A stretch of 63,975 nt of DNA, counting the filler, from Choristocarpus tenellus KU-1152 (Eukaryota > Protista > Phaeophyceae), in the NCBI GenBank assembly GCA_964200185.2. It is 14 parts of 14 records of this genome, joined end to end, with 100 filler letters (N's around TTAATTAATTAA, not from the genome) between each part and the next. Parts side by side here need not be neighbours in the genome. Positions count along the whole stretch, not along the records: positions 61,452 to 63,975 come from CAXNAD020027077.1; 13 more parts are not named here. The stretch is one strand, 5' to 3'. Shown here piece by piece: positions 63,461 through 63,975 of the stretch. Numbering within the stretch: position 1 is the stretch's first letter; the number at the start of each line of letters is the position of its first letter. Made by a program: the position numbers and the translations under genes. The notes beneath the pieces are model-generated. The model did not search any database. It was not told where the DNA came from and worked only from the letters and a program-made list of their open reading frames with translations.

Positions 63461-63975
63461 CTTGTCAGCAGTACAGACCGGAAAGAGGTGGGAGTGGACC
63501 AGGGGAAGGTGCAGAGGAGGATGGTTGCTTGCACAGGGGCGAGTCTCTACTCTTTGTTTTCCCTTTATCATACTTCCATAATTAATGTAAACCACTAACC
63601 CGAAGCTAATCAACACCTCACCACCACGTGCAGATATATGTAATCTCACTGTTATATTGGGGGTTGCCGCAATAAAGAATATGTTCATAGATACAAATAT
63701 CATCTCGTTAGCTCTTATGGCGTTATTTAAAAAAAGGTTGTGCAGATAAAAGGCGCTTCTGCTGTCAAAAGCATATACTACTGACACACATTCTAGAATA
63801 GGGATATATGATGGACTAGCCGTGATGAGTAGAGTTTCCCATCTCCTTCGCAGGTGTATGTATTGCTGCAGTCACGAAAATCATACATTGATTGCAACAC
63901 GGTCACACGGCCATTTTTTAGGACTGTGTCATAAGGGTGGGTCAACGTATCTGGGGGGGGGGTTTGGCGTCCGCT

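Overview
Eukaryotic, repeat-rich draft genomic DNA. It is 14 unrelated contigs joined by 13 artificial 100-bp spacers (N44-TTAATTAATTAA-N44), so adjacency across a spacer means nothing. Spliceosomal GT-AG genes with long introns, TTAGGG hexamers and the transposon repertoire would fit a stramenopile such as a brown alga, but that is inference only. Host genes are sparse: three spliceable 5' exons of an Exo84/Vps51-type N-terminal protein (including a 35-nt microexon), one transketolase exon, three in-phase exons of an unidentified low-complexity protein, and a degenerate intron-containing tRNA-Tyr. The rest is mostly transposon debris. Two MITE families (A, ~258 bp, ~22 copies; B, ~183 bp, ~14 copies) share terminal and subterminal motifs and show mixed 3/4-bp target-site duplications (TSDs). 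There are also DD39D-type mariners with Stowaway-like TIRs, pogo/CENP-B fragments carrying a PHD-like finger, Ty1/Copia pieces with LTRs, a DIRS-like RNase H/tyrosine recombinase fragment, CRE-like LINE fragments and a probable DDE_Tnp_4 remnant. I found no CRISPR array, rRNA or intact novel multi-gene system. The best leads are the shared-end MITE system, telomeric hexamers apparently written into interior repeats, the PHD-pogo fusion, a three-stem pseudoknot and a tRNA-head/LINE-tail juxtaposition. All family assignments come from motif recognition by eye, not database searches.
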